Positions 1 through 9,389 of a DNA stretch of 64,000 nt are shown here, piece by piece (position 1 is the first letter of the stretch; every line of letters begins with the position of its first letter). The stretch comes from Candidatus Saccharimonadales bacterium (lineage in GTDB: Bacteria; Patescibacteriota; Saccharimonadia; Saccharimonadales; 2-12-FULL-41-12): NCBI GenBank assembly GCA_041906505.1, contig JAYRJB010000008.1, positions 136,053 to 200,052 on the forward strand. Reading direction: 5' to 3'. The position numbers and the translations under genes were made by a program. The notes beneath the pieces were generated by a model. The model did no database searches, was not told where the DNA came from, and was given only the letters and a program-made list of their open reading frames with translations.

Positions 1-2
1 TT

Positions 3-485
3 ATCATCGCGATTGGACTTGCGCATCTGCCATTTCTTCATGGCTACTTTCTGTCGCAGACTTCAATTCTTAAAACAAAGACAAGCCGAATTTTATATGA
101 AACGCTTTTCCGAATACCCCTAACAACGGCGCTATTTGAAGAATTTTTGTTTCGCGGGTTTTTGCTGGCCGTTTTCTTGACCTACCACCAAACCAGCATA
201 GCAGTCGCATTATGCTCGTTGGTTTTCGGTTTGTGGCATATATTTCCAGCTATCAACGGCATGAACGTGAATAGTTATCGACGGAGTAGCAAAAATCTCA
301 AAAACCAGGCGGCCTTTGTTGCCGCAACTGTTATGGCAACGGCCTTCGCGGGTGTCGTGTTCTGTCATTTGCGAATTATCTCAAATACTATTATCGCCCC
401 TTGGCTTCTGCACTGGACAATCAACGCTGGGGGAGTCGTAGCGGTCTTGTTTGCAAAGAAACAATCAAACAAAAGTTTGCAATAG
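3..485 (+). CDS. CPBP family intramembrane glutamic endopeptidase (CAAX protease-like), 5' end truncated by window edge
   Basis: Reading frame is open from the window edge. Motif 1 EEFLFRG lies at ~135-155 and motif 2 FGLWH follows. A later HW..N motif and multiple hydrophobic helices are present. Confidence 0.75.
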   Translation: MIAIGLAHLPFLHGYFLSQTSILKTKTSRILYETLFRIPLTTALFEEFLFRGFLLAVFLTYHQTSIAVALCSLVFGLWHIFPAINGMNVNSYRRSSKNLKNQAAFVAATVMATAFAGVVFCHLRIISNTIIAPWLLHWTINAGGVVAVLFAKKQSNKSLQ

Positions 486-516
486 AACAACTTTATGTTA
501 TATAATAAGCTTAATA

Positions 517-747
517 ATGGACGCCTACGAAACTCTAGTGATCATTCTCTCAATATTTCTGGGAGTATTTTTACTTCTTGGCATCGTTGCGTTGAGCCTG
601 GTTATAGCCATAATAAAAAAGATCAGTAGAGCAGTTGACCATGTTGAACAAGCTGCCCGAAACTTTCAAAGCATAAGCGAGTCAGCCAAAAAAGTTGCAA
701 CCCCACTAACTACGCTTGCCAATATTTTAGGCCGGTTCAAAAAATAG
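517..747 (+). CDS. small membrane-anchored protein, unknown function
   Basis: ATG at 517 gives MDAYETLVIILSIFLGVFLLLGIVALSLVIAII (one TM) followed by a helical tail. The longer ORF from 451 overlaps the upstream gene. Confidence 0.45.
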   Translation: MDAYETLVIILSIFLGVFLLLGIVALSLVIAIIKKISRAVDHVEQAARNFQSISESAKKVATPLTTLANILGRFKK

Positions 748-788
748 CGACTGTGTATTTTTTGCCACCCAGATGTTGAAGGCAATAG

Positions 789-2054
789 CTACGTCGTTCT
801 GAGTCTCTCTGGAGAAATCCACGTACCAGATACTTTTCTTTTTCCGCTAATAAGCTTGTAGTTGGCTGCACAGCGAAGAATTGAAATGAGCTGCACTAAG
901 TTCATAATAAAAAACACAAAGTATAGGATGGGTATGTAGCCAACTAGTCTTGTTTTATCCCGAAGCTTCGTATGCTCATCATGTGCTAGTACTAACATGA
1001 TGTAGAGCGAAACTATCATATACGCACCTACAAACATCGCAAAATTGCCACTAATAATACTCAAATAAATGACGTATGCAAGCAGCAATGGTTCTGCAAG
1101 CAGCATTGCTTCTCCAATAAATGCCATTGGTATGCGATAGTAACTCAAGCCCATACTATGTGTTCTGGGTGTACGTAGAGCCAGCTGGCGATGTTTCACG
1201 ATATTTTGTAAGCCACCCATTTTCCATCTGTAGCGTTGATTAAGAAGCGCTTTAAATGAGTGAACGCCTTCGGTTGAGGCCATAACATCAACCCCATACA
1301 CAAGTCTGTTGGCTTTATTTCCAAGAGCAGCCACCTTAAGACTTAGACCAATATCTTCAGTAAGGGTGTCATGGTCATAGTACCGAACTTTTTTTATTAC
1401 TTCACGTCGATAGGTAGATGCAACCCCACCAATAATATACTCGCTGTTCGAAACCGAATAAAATTTCTTCGAACGATAACCAACCATATGTTCGAACCTT
1501 TGTAGTAATCCAAGGACAGTCATGCTTTCCATCACCCTAACGTTTGCCGCAACACCGACGACTTTTGGATCTGAAAAGTAGTTAACTGCTCGCTTTATAG
1601 CAAACCTATCCAACACAGAGTCTCCGTCGAGCGTCATTACCAGTTCGCCGCGGGCTTTTCTTTTTAACGCATAGTTTAGTGCTTTGGCCTTGCCTTGATT
1701 CTTGCGTCGGAAGGTTAGGGTTATTGATCTATTTGGATATTTCGAAATGTACTTCTTCACAAGCTTCCTGGTCCTGTCAGTGGAAGCGTCATCGATAACT
1801 ATAATCTCAATTTTTCGATAGGTATTTCTTCGAACAGAATCGATACATCGAATAATCGACTTTTCCTCGTTGTGAGCTGGTATTAGTACACTTACAAGCG
1901 GCGCAAGTTTCTTGCGGTTTCTATGGTTCAGTTTTTGCCTGTCTCTATAGGATTTAATATCGTAGATATTGGCACCTACCAAATACATGCCTAAATGAGC
2001 AATATTGACCACGCTCACTGTTACAAATAGGTAAAATAAGAAATCGTAGATCAT
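789..2054 (-). CDS. processive family 2 glycosyltransferase (PgaC/IcaA/NodC-like polysaccharide synthase)
   Basis: N-terminal TM. GT-A core VSVLIPAHNEE...IIVIDDASTDRT, DGDS motif, QRYRWKMG (QxxRW) motif, then several C-terminal TM helices. The start ATG directly abuts the sortase stop codon. Confidence 0.85.
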   Translation of the reverse strand: MIYDFLFYLFVTVSVVNIAHLGMYLVGANIYDIKSYRDRQKLNHRNRKKLAPLVSVLIPAHNEEKSIIRCIDSVRRNTYRKIEIIVIDDASTDRTRKLVKKYISKYPNRSITLTFRRKNQGKAKALNYALKRKARGELVMTLDGDSVLDRFAIKRAVNYFSDPKVVGVAANVRVMESMTVLGLLQRFEHMVGYRSKKFYSVSNSEYIIGGVASTYRREVIKKVRYYDHDTLTEDIGLSLKVAALGNKANRLVYGVDVMASTEGVHSFKALLNQRYRWKMGGLQNIVKHRQLALRTPRTHSMGLSYYRIPMAFIGEAMLLAEPLLLAYVIYLSIISGNFAMFVGAYMIVSLYIMLVLAHDEHTKLRDKTRLVGYIPILYFVFFIMNLVQLISILRCAANYKLISGKRKVSGTWISPERLRTT

Positions 2055-2648
2055 TTATTGCGCCCCGACAAGATCAAATCGATACAGACTTCGATTCTCA
2101 TACCAAAATCCAGTGCAGGTTTGAAGTGTTAGCCGTGGACTTCCTTGATAATTAAAGATCTCAGTTGTTTGAGGCTTAACGGTCTGAACGCTTATATATG
2201 AATAGGTGAATCTGTGGCCATTATCGGTGTAAACTATAGCTTGCTCGCCAGGCTTTATGGCTGGCAATTTGGAAAATACGTATTTGTTATTGTGTCCGTA
2301 AATAAATGTATTGCCAGCTGTATTGTTTGGCTTTTGGGTGTTTGTAGCAAACTGTGCCTTATCTTTACTAAGTGTCCATTCGAAGTTTGGTTGCCGATAG
2401 GTGCCATCGATGACTTGAAGGTCTATTCCTAATGATGGAATCACGATACGAACGGGACGTCCTTCAATGGCTGGCTCCGATGCAGAATTCTGCTTTGCAA
2501 ATTGGGTCTTGGTATTGTTTTCTTGCGTTACAGAAACTTGATCTTTTTCAACTAACCCTTTTGCAAGCTCCACAACAGAACCTTGACCAACCAATAGCCC
2601 GGCCGCTATAAACAGTACACCGATACTCAGATTGAATCTAATATTCAT
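2055..2648 (-). CDS. sortase family transpeptidase
   Basis: N-terminal TM anchor, catalytic His context IYGHN, TLQTCTG (TLxTC) active-site Cys motif and a downstream conserved Arg. I prefer the ATG at 2648, which follows GAGGTGGA at 7 nt, over the ORF-track start at 2690. Confidence 0.8.
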   Translation of the reverse strand: MNIRFNLSIGVLFIAAGLLVGQGSVVELAKGLVEKDQVSVTQENNTKTQFAKQNSASEPAIEGRPVRIVIPSLGIDLQVIDGTYRQPNFEWTLSKDKAQFATNTQKPNNTAGNTFIYGHNNKYVFSKLPAIKPGEQAIVYTDNGHRFTYSYISVQTVKPQTTEIFNYQGSPRLTLQTCTGFWYENRSLYRFDLVGAQ

Positions 2649-2745
2649 AAATATCCACCTCGCCAAAGACGTTAAAAAGAGGACGAACACTTAAATTTTC
2701 ATTAAATGCTCACCCTCTTTAGCTGATGTGTTTAGTTTCTTATCT

Positions 2746-2934
2746 CTAAGCCTTAAATATTTTCTTTGCAAGAAATCTTGCAGCTGTAGAAACAATCACT
2801 AATCCACCTACTGCGATGAGTAGAACAGAAAGGACCGTCAAGGCAATGCTTCCACCCGTGTTGGGAAGAATGAGCACGCCTGCTGAAGTACTTGCCACTG
2901 GCACAAAACCTGCACCACGTCCGCCTTCGTACAT
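2746..2934 (-). CDS. 62-aa mini-protein consisting almost only of an LPXTG cell-wall sorting signal
   Basis: Translation MYEGGRGAGFVPVASTSAGVLI-LPNTG-GSIALTVLSVLLIAVGGLVIVSTAA-RFLAKKIFKA is LPNTG plus a hydrophobic span plus a basic tail. A strong SD (GAGGAG, 5 nt spacer) precedes the ATG. An in-frame stop lies 6 codons upstream, so it cannot be longer. Confidence 0.6.
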   Translation of the reverse strand: MYEGGRGAGFVPVASTSAGVLILPNTGGSIALTVLSVLLIAVGGLVIVSTAARFLAKKIFKA

Positions 2935-3193
2935 ATTAACTCCTCTGTTACCTTAAAGATAAAAAGAGAGGCCCCGGGTTAGACCCGAAGTACCCTCTCT
3001 TAAAATCTATCAGTAGCAAATATACACTAATCATGTACGTTTGTAAAGTATATTTTATACTATTAACGCTTGAGCTTGGATTCTATTAGATGACCAACAT
3101 TAAGCACAAGCAATTTTTATTCACTCTAAAATATGCTAGTCTATTATTCAAATAGATTGTATAGATAATTTATAAGGAGTTCCAAAGAAGCTT

Positions 3194-4921
3194 ATGTCGT
3201 TAATGAGAATGCTAAACACTTGGCAAAAACACACTGTGATTGTTGTGGGTGCTGTTATAGCTATGAGCATACTATGTTACAGCCCTAAGGCTGAGGCGGC
3301 GTCAACAAGCCTTAGTGCGCAAGGGAAGGTGAGTTTTACCTTTGACGACGGTTATAAAAGCGCGCTCACAAAGGCTGCACCCACTCTAAACGAGAGCGGC
3401 ATTAGCGGCACAAGCTATGTGACTACCAACTTTATTGGCAGTTCGGCAGAATACATGACGTGGGCAGATGTAGCGCAACTTTCTACTACATATGGCTGGG
3501 AAATTGGCGGGCATAGCGTAACGCATCCACTATCAACACAGATTACGCCCCAACAAATTGAGCTTGAAGCTGCAAACTGCAAGCAGACTCTTATTCAGCA
3601 TGGCTTTACACCGACCAGCTATGCAACGCCGTTTGGTGACTACAACGGCCAGGTTATTGAGGCAATCGCTCGACATTACACCTCTCATAGGCCTTTTCAT
3701 GACAAGGGTTACAATGTCTGGCCCTATTCAGACTATCTACTACAAGTTCAACAGGTGCAGTCTGGCGTTAGTGTCCAAACTGTAAAGAGTTACGTTGATT
3801 CAGCAAAGCAAAATAACACATGGCTCATCTTGGTATTCCATGACATAAAAGATGTACCAAGTTCTGACCCACAAGATTATGAATACAGCACCAATGATCT
3901 AAGATCCATAGCGCAGTATGTGAAGTCACTCAATATGCCCACCCCGAATGTGACCGCTGGACTTGTAAATAACGACACAAACTTGCTACCAAATTCGACC
4001 TTTAATCAAGGACAAGCCGGGTGGACGACTGACGCGCCAAGCAACGTAAGTGTTAATACGCAGTCAAAGGGAAGCTCACCAGACGCGACGAACAGCTTGG
4101 CTGTTACCTCAACAACACAGAATATTCATATCCACTCTGATCAAGTGTCGGTAAAGCCAACCGAAACCTACGTTCTGAAGGGGTTTTTAAACGCGAGCAC
4201 TATCCAGGGTGGAGAAGTTGCGTTCTATATTGATGAGTACAATCTAAGTGGTTCTTGGATATCCGGCATATATCTGGGCGCAGTAACAAACGACTACACA
4301 AAAAGCCTCAATGTCGCATACAAGCCAAGTAGTGTTGGCGTATATACCTCAAGCCTTCAAGTGATTATTACCGCAAATTCAAATGCGAAACTGTACATTG
4401 ATAACGTAAGGTGGTTTTCGACGTCAGCCAACTCACCGACACCACCGCCAGCACCACCGGCACCAAGTCCAAATCTTTTACCAAACGCATCGTTCGACGC
4501 CGGAATCACGCAAGGTTGGACTACAGACTCAGCTACCAACGTAGTACTTGATCAGCTAAACAACGGTGGCACTACAAAGCAAAACTCCATCAAGCTGACT
4601 TCATCAACAACGAAGAATGTTCACCTACTCTCGCCAAAGGTTACTGTAGACGCCACAAAAACATACAACTTTAAGGCATACACGAACGTAAAAACCCGTA
4701 CCAGTGGGGCCTTAGCGTTTTACGTTGATGAATATGATGCTTTCGGAAACTGGATTTCTGGAAAGTACATCTATGAGAAAAGAAACAAAGGGGTACAGAC
4801 CATCAGTTTTGCCTACAAACCGACCTCCTCAAACGTAAAGAACGCGAGTATTCAAGTAATAGTTACGAAGGGATCTGGCATTACTGCGTATCTAGACGAC
4901 GCGCACTTTGCTGCTGCTTAA
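3194..4921 (+). CDS. secreted/anchored polysaccharide deacetylase (NodB domain) with two C-terminal CBM4_9-like carbohydrate-binding repeats
   Basis: N-terminal signal/TM. NodB motifs FTFDDGY and GGHSVTHP. Two homologous ~140-aa modules (NLLPNSTFNQGQAGWTTD... and NLLPNASFDAGITQGWTTD...) are separated by the Pro-rich linker SPTPPPAPPAPSP. Confidence 0.8.
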   Translation: MSLMRMLNTWQKHTVIVVGAVIAMSILCYSPKAEAASTSLSAQGKVSFTFDDGYKSALTKAAPTLNESGISGTSYVTTNFIGSSAEYMTWADVAQLSTTYGWEIGGHSVTHPLSTQITPQQIELEAANCKQTLIQHGFTPTSYATPFGDYNGQVIEAIARHYTSHRPFHDKGYNVWPYSDYLLQVQQVQSGVSVQTVKSYVDSAKQNNTWLILVFHDIKDVPSSDPQDYEYSTNDLRSIAQYVKSLNMPTPNVTAGLVNNDTNLLPNSTFNQGQAGWTTDAPSNVSVNTQSKGSSPDATNSLAVTSTTQNIHIHSDQVSVKPTETYVLKGFLNASTIQGGEVAFYIDEYNLSGSWISGIYLGAVTNDYTKSLNVAYKPSSVGVYTSSLQVIITANSNAKLYIDNVRWFSTSANSPTPPPAPPAPSPNLLPNASFDAGITQGWTTDSATNVVLDQLNNGGTTKQNSIKLTSSTTKNVHLLSPKVTVDATKTYNFKAYTNVKTRTSGALAFYVDEYDAFGNWISGKYIYEKRNKGVQTISFAYKPTSSNVKNASIQVIVTKGSGITAYLDDAHFAAA

Positions 4922-4954
4922 GCCCGAGAGCACCTTTAACAATCAATTACAACT

Positions 4955-4986
4955 AAAAAGAGCGCCGATCAATGGCGCTCTTTTTG
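4955..4986. terminator. bidirectional intrinsic terminator between convergent genes
   Basis: AAAAAGAGCGCC-gatcaat-GGCGCTCTTTTT is a perfect 8-bp GC-rich stem flanked by an A-run and a T-run. Confidence 0.7.
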
Positions 4987-5000
4987 CTATAGTCGAAAAG

Positions 5001-5417
5001 CTAGGAATTCGCTTGTTCAAAGTAATCATCTGCCTTCTTGTTGAACAGCAGAAACAGCGTAAGAACTGCAAATACAACCGCAAATACACCAGTTACTCTC
5101 TGTTCGCCAGAAAGTGCAAGCGCACCCCATGCCCCAACCGCTAGGTTAAATGCAGCGATAACAGCAAACAACATTCTTACAAGGTTATTGCCTTGGCCAA
5201 GTGCCGCAGCAAGCAGCAACTGAATTGATCCAAGCACGATCGCGACAATCCCTGCAGCAGTAAGCTGAGCCGGCGAATGAAGTGACTCACTGACAAACGC
5301 CGAGTCGTTTCTATCCACGAGCGTGAATATTCCCAGCGCAATATTCAGCAGACCAATGAAGGCTGCGTAGACCATTACTAATGTTACTGAAAACGGACGT
5401 TCTATGTTTTTAGCCAT
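5001..5417 (-). CDS. integral membrane protein, unknown function (about 4 TM)
   Basis: Uninterrupted ORF with four hydrophobic helices. SD-like GGAGGAA lies upstream of the ATG. The terminator above sits downstream. Confidence 0.5.
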   Translation of the reverse strand: MAKNIERPFSVTLVMVYAAFIGLLNIALGIFTLVDRNDSAFVSESLHSPAQLTAAGIVAIVLGSIQLLLAAALGQGNNLVRMLFAVIAAFNLAVGAWGALALSGEQRVTGVFAVVFAVLTLFLLFNKKADDYFEQANS

Positions 5418-5521
5418 AGGGTGTTCCTCCTTATTTTGTTAGTCCCACCCCTTCTTGCTTATTTTTATACGCGCTAAACTAGCAATTGTCAACAAAGCAA
5501 AAGTGGATTGCACTGTTCCAG

Positions 5522-6115
5522 CTAAAACTTCACATCTTGCGTGAGTTTTGAGTACCCTGGTATCTGAAGCTGAAATAGCTGCTCTACAACAGAAAAATTA
5601 CCGCCAAATGTGCCAACAGCTCGTCCGCAAGACGAACTCCACAAGTCCGATGGAAAGCCAGCGACTTCAGTGGCTTGATAGTAGTATCGTTTTCCTAAAG
5701 GACACTGACCGTTAGGACTTAGGGTTTTTGCACCTTCTCGCCGCACTGAGAACCCAGCATCTTGCAGTGCTGCCAAAAACTCCTTGTAGCCTTGCTGCGA
5801 ATTAGGAAAATTCTCTTGGCGAATAATTTTCCCTTGGTAGCCCTCAAATATCAGAAGCGAGCGGCTAAACCGATCGGCGTTGATCCTTACTTCTCGATGT
5901 TGATCTCCGCCGTTAATCTTACCTTCGACAATAAAACTTACCGTCGCGTTTGTTGTAGAGTAGTCTGGCAACTTCTTTGCGGTTTGCTCCTGGGGTTTCT
6001 GGGTGGATGGGGAAGGGCTACTCCGAAAACGACTGAGCGCAAATACAGAAAAAACAATAATAATCAGTCCAACGATTCCAAAGCCGATGATCTGGACCGT
6101 TCGATTAAAGTTCAT
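5522..6115 (-). CDS. membrane-anchored hypothetical protein
   Basis: N-terminal TM (IIGFGIVGLIIIVFSVFAL) followed by a soluble domain. No recognisable motif. Confidence 0.5.
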   Translation of the reverse strand: MNFNRTVQIIGFGIVGLIIIVFSVFALSRFRSSPSPSTQKPQEQTAKKLPDYSTTNATVSFIVEGKINGGDQHREVRINADRFSRSLLIFEGYQGKIIRQENFPNSQQGYKEFLAALQDAGFSVRREGAKTLSPNGQCPLGKRYYYQATEVAGFPSDLWSSSCGRAVGTFGGNFSVVEQLFQLQIPGYSKLTQDVKF

Positions 6116-6183
6116 GCCTCAACTATGCGTAACTGGGGTAGTATTTGCAAGCACAAGCAAAACAACTGCGTATAATGGGTAGT

Positions 6184-7365
6184 ATGTCGTTGCCACTTGC
6201 AGAAAGAATGCGCCCCCAAAGCCTCAAGGAGTTTGTTGGACAGACACACCTCACCGGCAAGGGACAGATTGTGCGGGAAATAATAAAAAGCAAGCAACCC
6301 GTAAGTCTCATCCTATGGGGTCCTCCTGGCAGCGGCAAGACAACCCTTGCTCGAATAATCGCCCAAGAAACAAAAACCGATTTTGTCGAACTTAGTGCAG
6401 TTACGTCCGGCAAAGCAGACGTTTCGAAGGTAATTGAGCACGCCAAACAGAACCTGCGCTTGCAGCAGAGAACCACTCTGTTTGTAGATGAAATCCATAG
6501 GTTTAACAAAGCGCAGCAGGACGCCTTTTTACCACACGTCGAAAATGGAACAATAATTCTTATCGGTGCGACCACAGAAAACCCAAGCTTTGAGGTGATC
6601 AATCCGCTTCTCAGTCGAAGTAAGGTGCTTGTTTTGGAGCCCTTAGGTAAAAAAGAGATAGTTAAAATACTCAATCAAGCAGCCAAACACTTAAGTATTT
6701 CCCCGGCTATTTTCCCCAAAGACAGTATGGAATACCTGGCCGAATTAGCAAGTGGCGATGCGCGGGTGGCCCTAGGGAACCTAGAGCTTGCTTTGACACT
6801 CGACTCTACCTCGTTATCCAAGAAAAAAATAGAGGCCGCAGCCCAAAAGAAACTACCTAGCTACGACAAAAAGGGCGAACACCACTATAACGTGATAAGC
6901 GCCTTTATTAAATCTTTGCGTGGAAGCGACGCAAATGCAGCGCTCTACTATCTTGCCAGAATGCTGCAGGCCGGAGAAGACCCAAAGTTTGTCGCAAGAC
7001 GAATGGTAGTCTTTGCCAGCGAAGATATTGGACTCGAGGCTTCGGCAGCGTTAAATGTTGTTGTGTCGACATTTTTGGCTGTCGAGAGGATAGGAATGCC
7101 CGAATGCGAATATAATCTTTACCACTGCGCGACCGTATTGGCAAAATGCAAAAAGTCACGTGTGGTAACAGACGCCATGAATAAGGCAAAAAAAGCCGCC
7201 TCCGAAAACCCAGATACAGCTGTGCCACTTCATCTAAGAAACTCCCCAACCCAGCTAATGAAAAACCTTGGCTACAGCCAAGGGACAAAGTGGGAAGCCG
7301 GATTTGTGCATGAAAAAGGTTTTTTGCCATCCGAACTTAAGAACTTAGACTTGTTTTCGAAGTAG
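6184..7365 (+). CDS. rarA: replication-associated recombination protein A (AAA+ ATPase RarA/MgsA)
   Basis: PLAERMRPQSLKEFVGQ N-terminus, Walker A GPPGSGKTT, Walker B LFVDEIHRF and a MgsA C-terminal helical domain. The start could also be 6145 or 6175. ATG 6184 lies 7 nt after a TATAAT (6171-6176). Confidence 0.9.
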   Translation: MSLPLAERMRPQSLKEFVGQTHLTGKGQIVREIIKSKQPVSLILWGPPGSGKTTLARIIAQETKTDFVELSAVTSGKADVSKVIEHAKQNLRLQQRTTLFVDEIHRFNKAQQDAFLPHVENGTIILIGATTENPSFEVINPLLSRSKVLVLEPLGKKEIVKILNQAAKHLSISPAIFPKDSMEYLAELASGDARVALGNLELALTLDSTSLSKKKIEAAAQKKLPSYDKKGEHHYNVISAFIKSLRGSDANAALYYLARMLQAGEDPKFVARRMVVFASEDIGLEASAALNVVVSTFLAVERIGMPECEYNLYHCATVLAKCKKSRVVTDAMNKAKKAASENPDTAVPLHLRNSPTQLMKNLGYSQGTKWEAGFVHEKGFLPSELKNLDLFSK

Positions 7366-7372
7366 CGCAAAA

Positions 7373-8209
7373 TTACTTCAGCTGAGAACGTACAAACCAG
7401 AAGTAAAATGACTCGGGAAGTAGTTTTTTGAGCAATATGAGAGATAAGGCCGGCTTTGCCACAGGATAGCGAAGTTTATTTTTGCCATCCGTACTGGCTT
7501 GATATACCTTTTCTGCAACCACAATCGGGCTGGTAGCAGATTTGTATGACTTATGAAAGTTGCTGATAACAGTTTTTTCGTATTGGTCATAGTCCTTTAG
7601 GCCAGGTTTAGAAAATCTCACCTCGGATCTGCCAATAAATTCCGTTTTGATAGTTCCTGGCTCAATTAGTTTTACACGAATGCCAAATGGTCGCAGCTCG
7701 TACGCAAGAGATTCGCTAAAACCCTCTATAGCCCATTTCGTGGCGTGGTACACACTATATAGAGGGAAGGTGATTCGGCCGCCCATTGAAGAGATGTTGA
7801 TTATTACTCCGCTTTCTTGCTTTCGAAAAACGGGTACAATCTCTCTGGTAACGTCCATAAGCCCAAACACGTTTACGTCAAACTGAGCCTTCACTTGACT
7901 AGGAGTTGACGCTTCAAACGCCCCAAGCGTTCCATATCCAGCGTTATTCACAACCACGTCAATTGATGTATATTTCTTAAGTGTTTTCTCGATCACATCA
8001 CGAATTGAATCTTGCTTGATAACATCGAGCTTCTCGCAAGAAATATTAGAGTATGCCCGAAACTCCTCGAGCTTTTTACCACTTCTTGACGTTGCAACAA
8101 CATTCCAGCCGTGATATGCAAAATATAGGGTCGTTGCTTTGCCGATGCCCGAAGAAGCGCCAGTAATAATAACTGTCTTACTCACGGACTTCGTGCTTTT
8201 TGAGCTCAT
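7373..8209 (-). CDS. SDR family NAD(P)-dependent oxidoreductase
   Basis: TGASSGIGKA cofactor motif, NNAG, and catalytic YHATKWA (YxxxK). Confidence 0.9.
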   Translation of the reverse strand: MSSKSTKSVSKTVIITGASSGIGKATTLYFAYHGWNVVATSRSGKKLEEFRAYSNISCEKLDVIKQDSIRDVIEKTLKKYTSIDVVVNNAGYGTLGAFEASTPSQVKAQFDVNVFGLMDVTREIVPVFRKQESGVIINISSMGGRITFPLYSVYHATKWAIEGFSESLAYELRPFGIRVKLIEPGTIKTEFIGRSEVRFSKPGLKDYDQYEKTVISNFHKSYKSATSPIVVAEKVYQASTDGKNKLRYPVAKPALSLILLKKLLPESFYFWFVRSQLK

Positions 8210-8261
8210 TGTTGCTAATTATAGCGCAAAAGTAAGACAGCAGACGATGCCTTAAGAATCC

Positions 8262-8789
8262 TCACATGTGATCTTTTACGACCTGCAAACTCTCTAGCGT
8301 ATCTAGCACATCGAGTATTTGTTGGTCGATATCCGTATCAGAACTACTCCCATCCTCAAAAGCCTTAGGTTCATACATTGAAAGGCTAGACCAATAGTGC
8401 GAAGAGCCGCTTTCTTCGAGTGACCCGGGATTAAACGACTCAATATTAACACTAACCACCTTAAGGCCGTCTCCGTCAAACCCATCTTCACGAATGCCGT
8501 GCGTGTCGTACGACCCATAGTTTATTCGCACAACACCAAGATTCTGTGGCGTAAGATCAAAGCGCCAACCACGCAAACTATCACCGCTTAGGCTGTGGTC
8601 ACAGAGCTCTCTAGCCATCTTATAGGCCTGTCCAAAAGCAGATTTATAAACCTCCAATTTAGACTCAACATCTAAGGAGTTAACTATCTCGCTCTTTCTT
8701 CTCACGTCTTCTGAGTAGTAGCCGCCCGATGTATCCTGCTCAACAAGTTTTTGGTACTCAAAACAGGTTCTGATTGCTTTTTCGTCCAT
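8262..8789 (-). CDS. hypothetical acidic cytoplasmic protein
   Basis: Long ORF with no competing frame. No motif recognised. Confidence 0.45.
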   Translation of the reverse strand: MDEKAIRTCFEYQKLVEQDTSGGYYSEDVRRKSEIVNSLDVESKLEVYKSAFGQAYKMARELCDHSLSGDSLRGWRFDLTPQNLGVVRINYGSYDTHGIREDGFDGDGLKVVSVNIESFNPGSLEESGSSHYWSSLSMYEPKAFEDGSSSDTDIDQQILDVLDTLESLQVVKDHM

Positions 8790-8898
8790 TTCGTCTCCTG
8801 GTTCAAAGGATTATAGAGGTGCAGTAACAGTTTAAGCAAGCATAAGCAAAGCCGATACGAATCACATGGCGAGCCCATCAACTCGCAAAACTTGAGTC

Positions 8899-9306
8899 TT
8901 AATTGGCAAGATTTTTGTCTATGCGCTCAACCAGGCTTTGAACAAGTGTGAGACAGGCAATTATCAGCAACAAGCCAATGAATCCGCTAATATTTACATT
9001 ATTTCCAAAAATCACATCAATCACCGCCAAAAAGACAAACTTCGACACAAACATAATCAACCACACAAAAAAGGCTAGTGTCACTTTGCTGGTCTTATCT
9101 TTGCTTCGAAGGGTAGTTATAGCTCTCTGCTTAAACTCAAATGTAGCAAACGTGAGTAGCTGCATGACAACTGCTACGGCAAATGTAGTCGAGTACGATC
9201 CCGTATCCAAAATATCAGTGTAGTCGTTAAAAAATCCAAGCACAACAGAGTACAGCAGCACTCCCAAAATCATACTTCGAAATAGTTCTTGTTTACTGTG
9301 GCGCAC
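8899..9306 (-). CDS. hypothetical membrane protein (about 4 TM)
   Basis: Hydrophobic helices throughout. No motif recognised. Confidence 0.45.
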   Translation of the reverse strand: MRHSKQELFRSMILGVLLYSVVLGFFNDYTDILDTGSYSTTFAVAVVMQLLTFATFEFKQRAITTLRSKDKTSKVTLAFFVWLIMFVSKFVFLAVIDVIFGNNVNISGFIGLLLIIACLTLVQSLVERIDKNLAN

Positions 9307-9389
9307 TATTCAAGTGTATACGACGGCAGCACTAAAATGTATGGCTTATTTTATTTCGGCCAGGCCAAGTTGTATTTTCACAATAACAA

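Noticed and set aside
4430-4470. Pro/Ala-rich repetitive DNA (ccaccgccagcaccaccggcacca) that might be a tandem repeat or contingency locus.
   Set aside because: It encodes the in-frame PTPPPAPPAPSP interdomain linker of the deacetylase. It is short and not a hypermutable homopolymer or long tandem array.
6123-6674. 183-aa minus-strand ORF overlapping rarA.
   Set aside because: It is antisense shadow of rarA (Walker A/B are clearly in the plus frame). Cys/Leu-rich nonsense composition.
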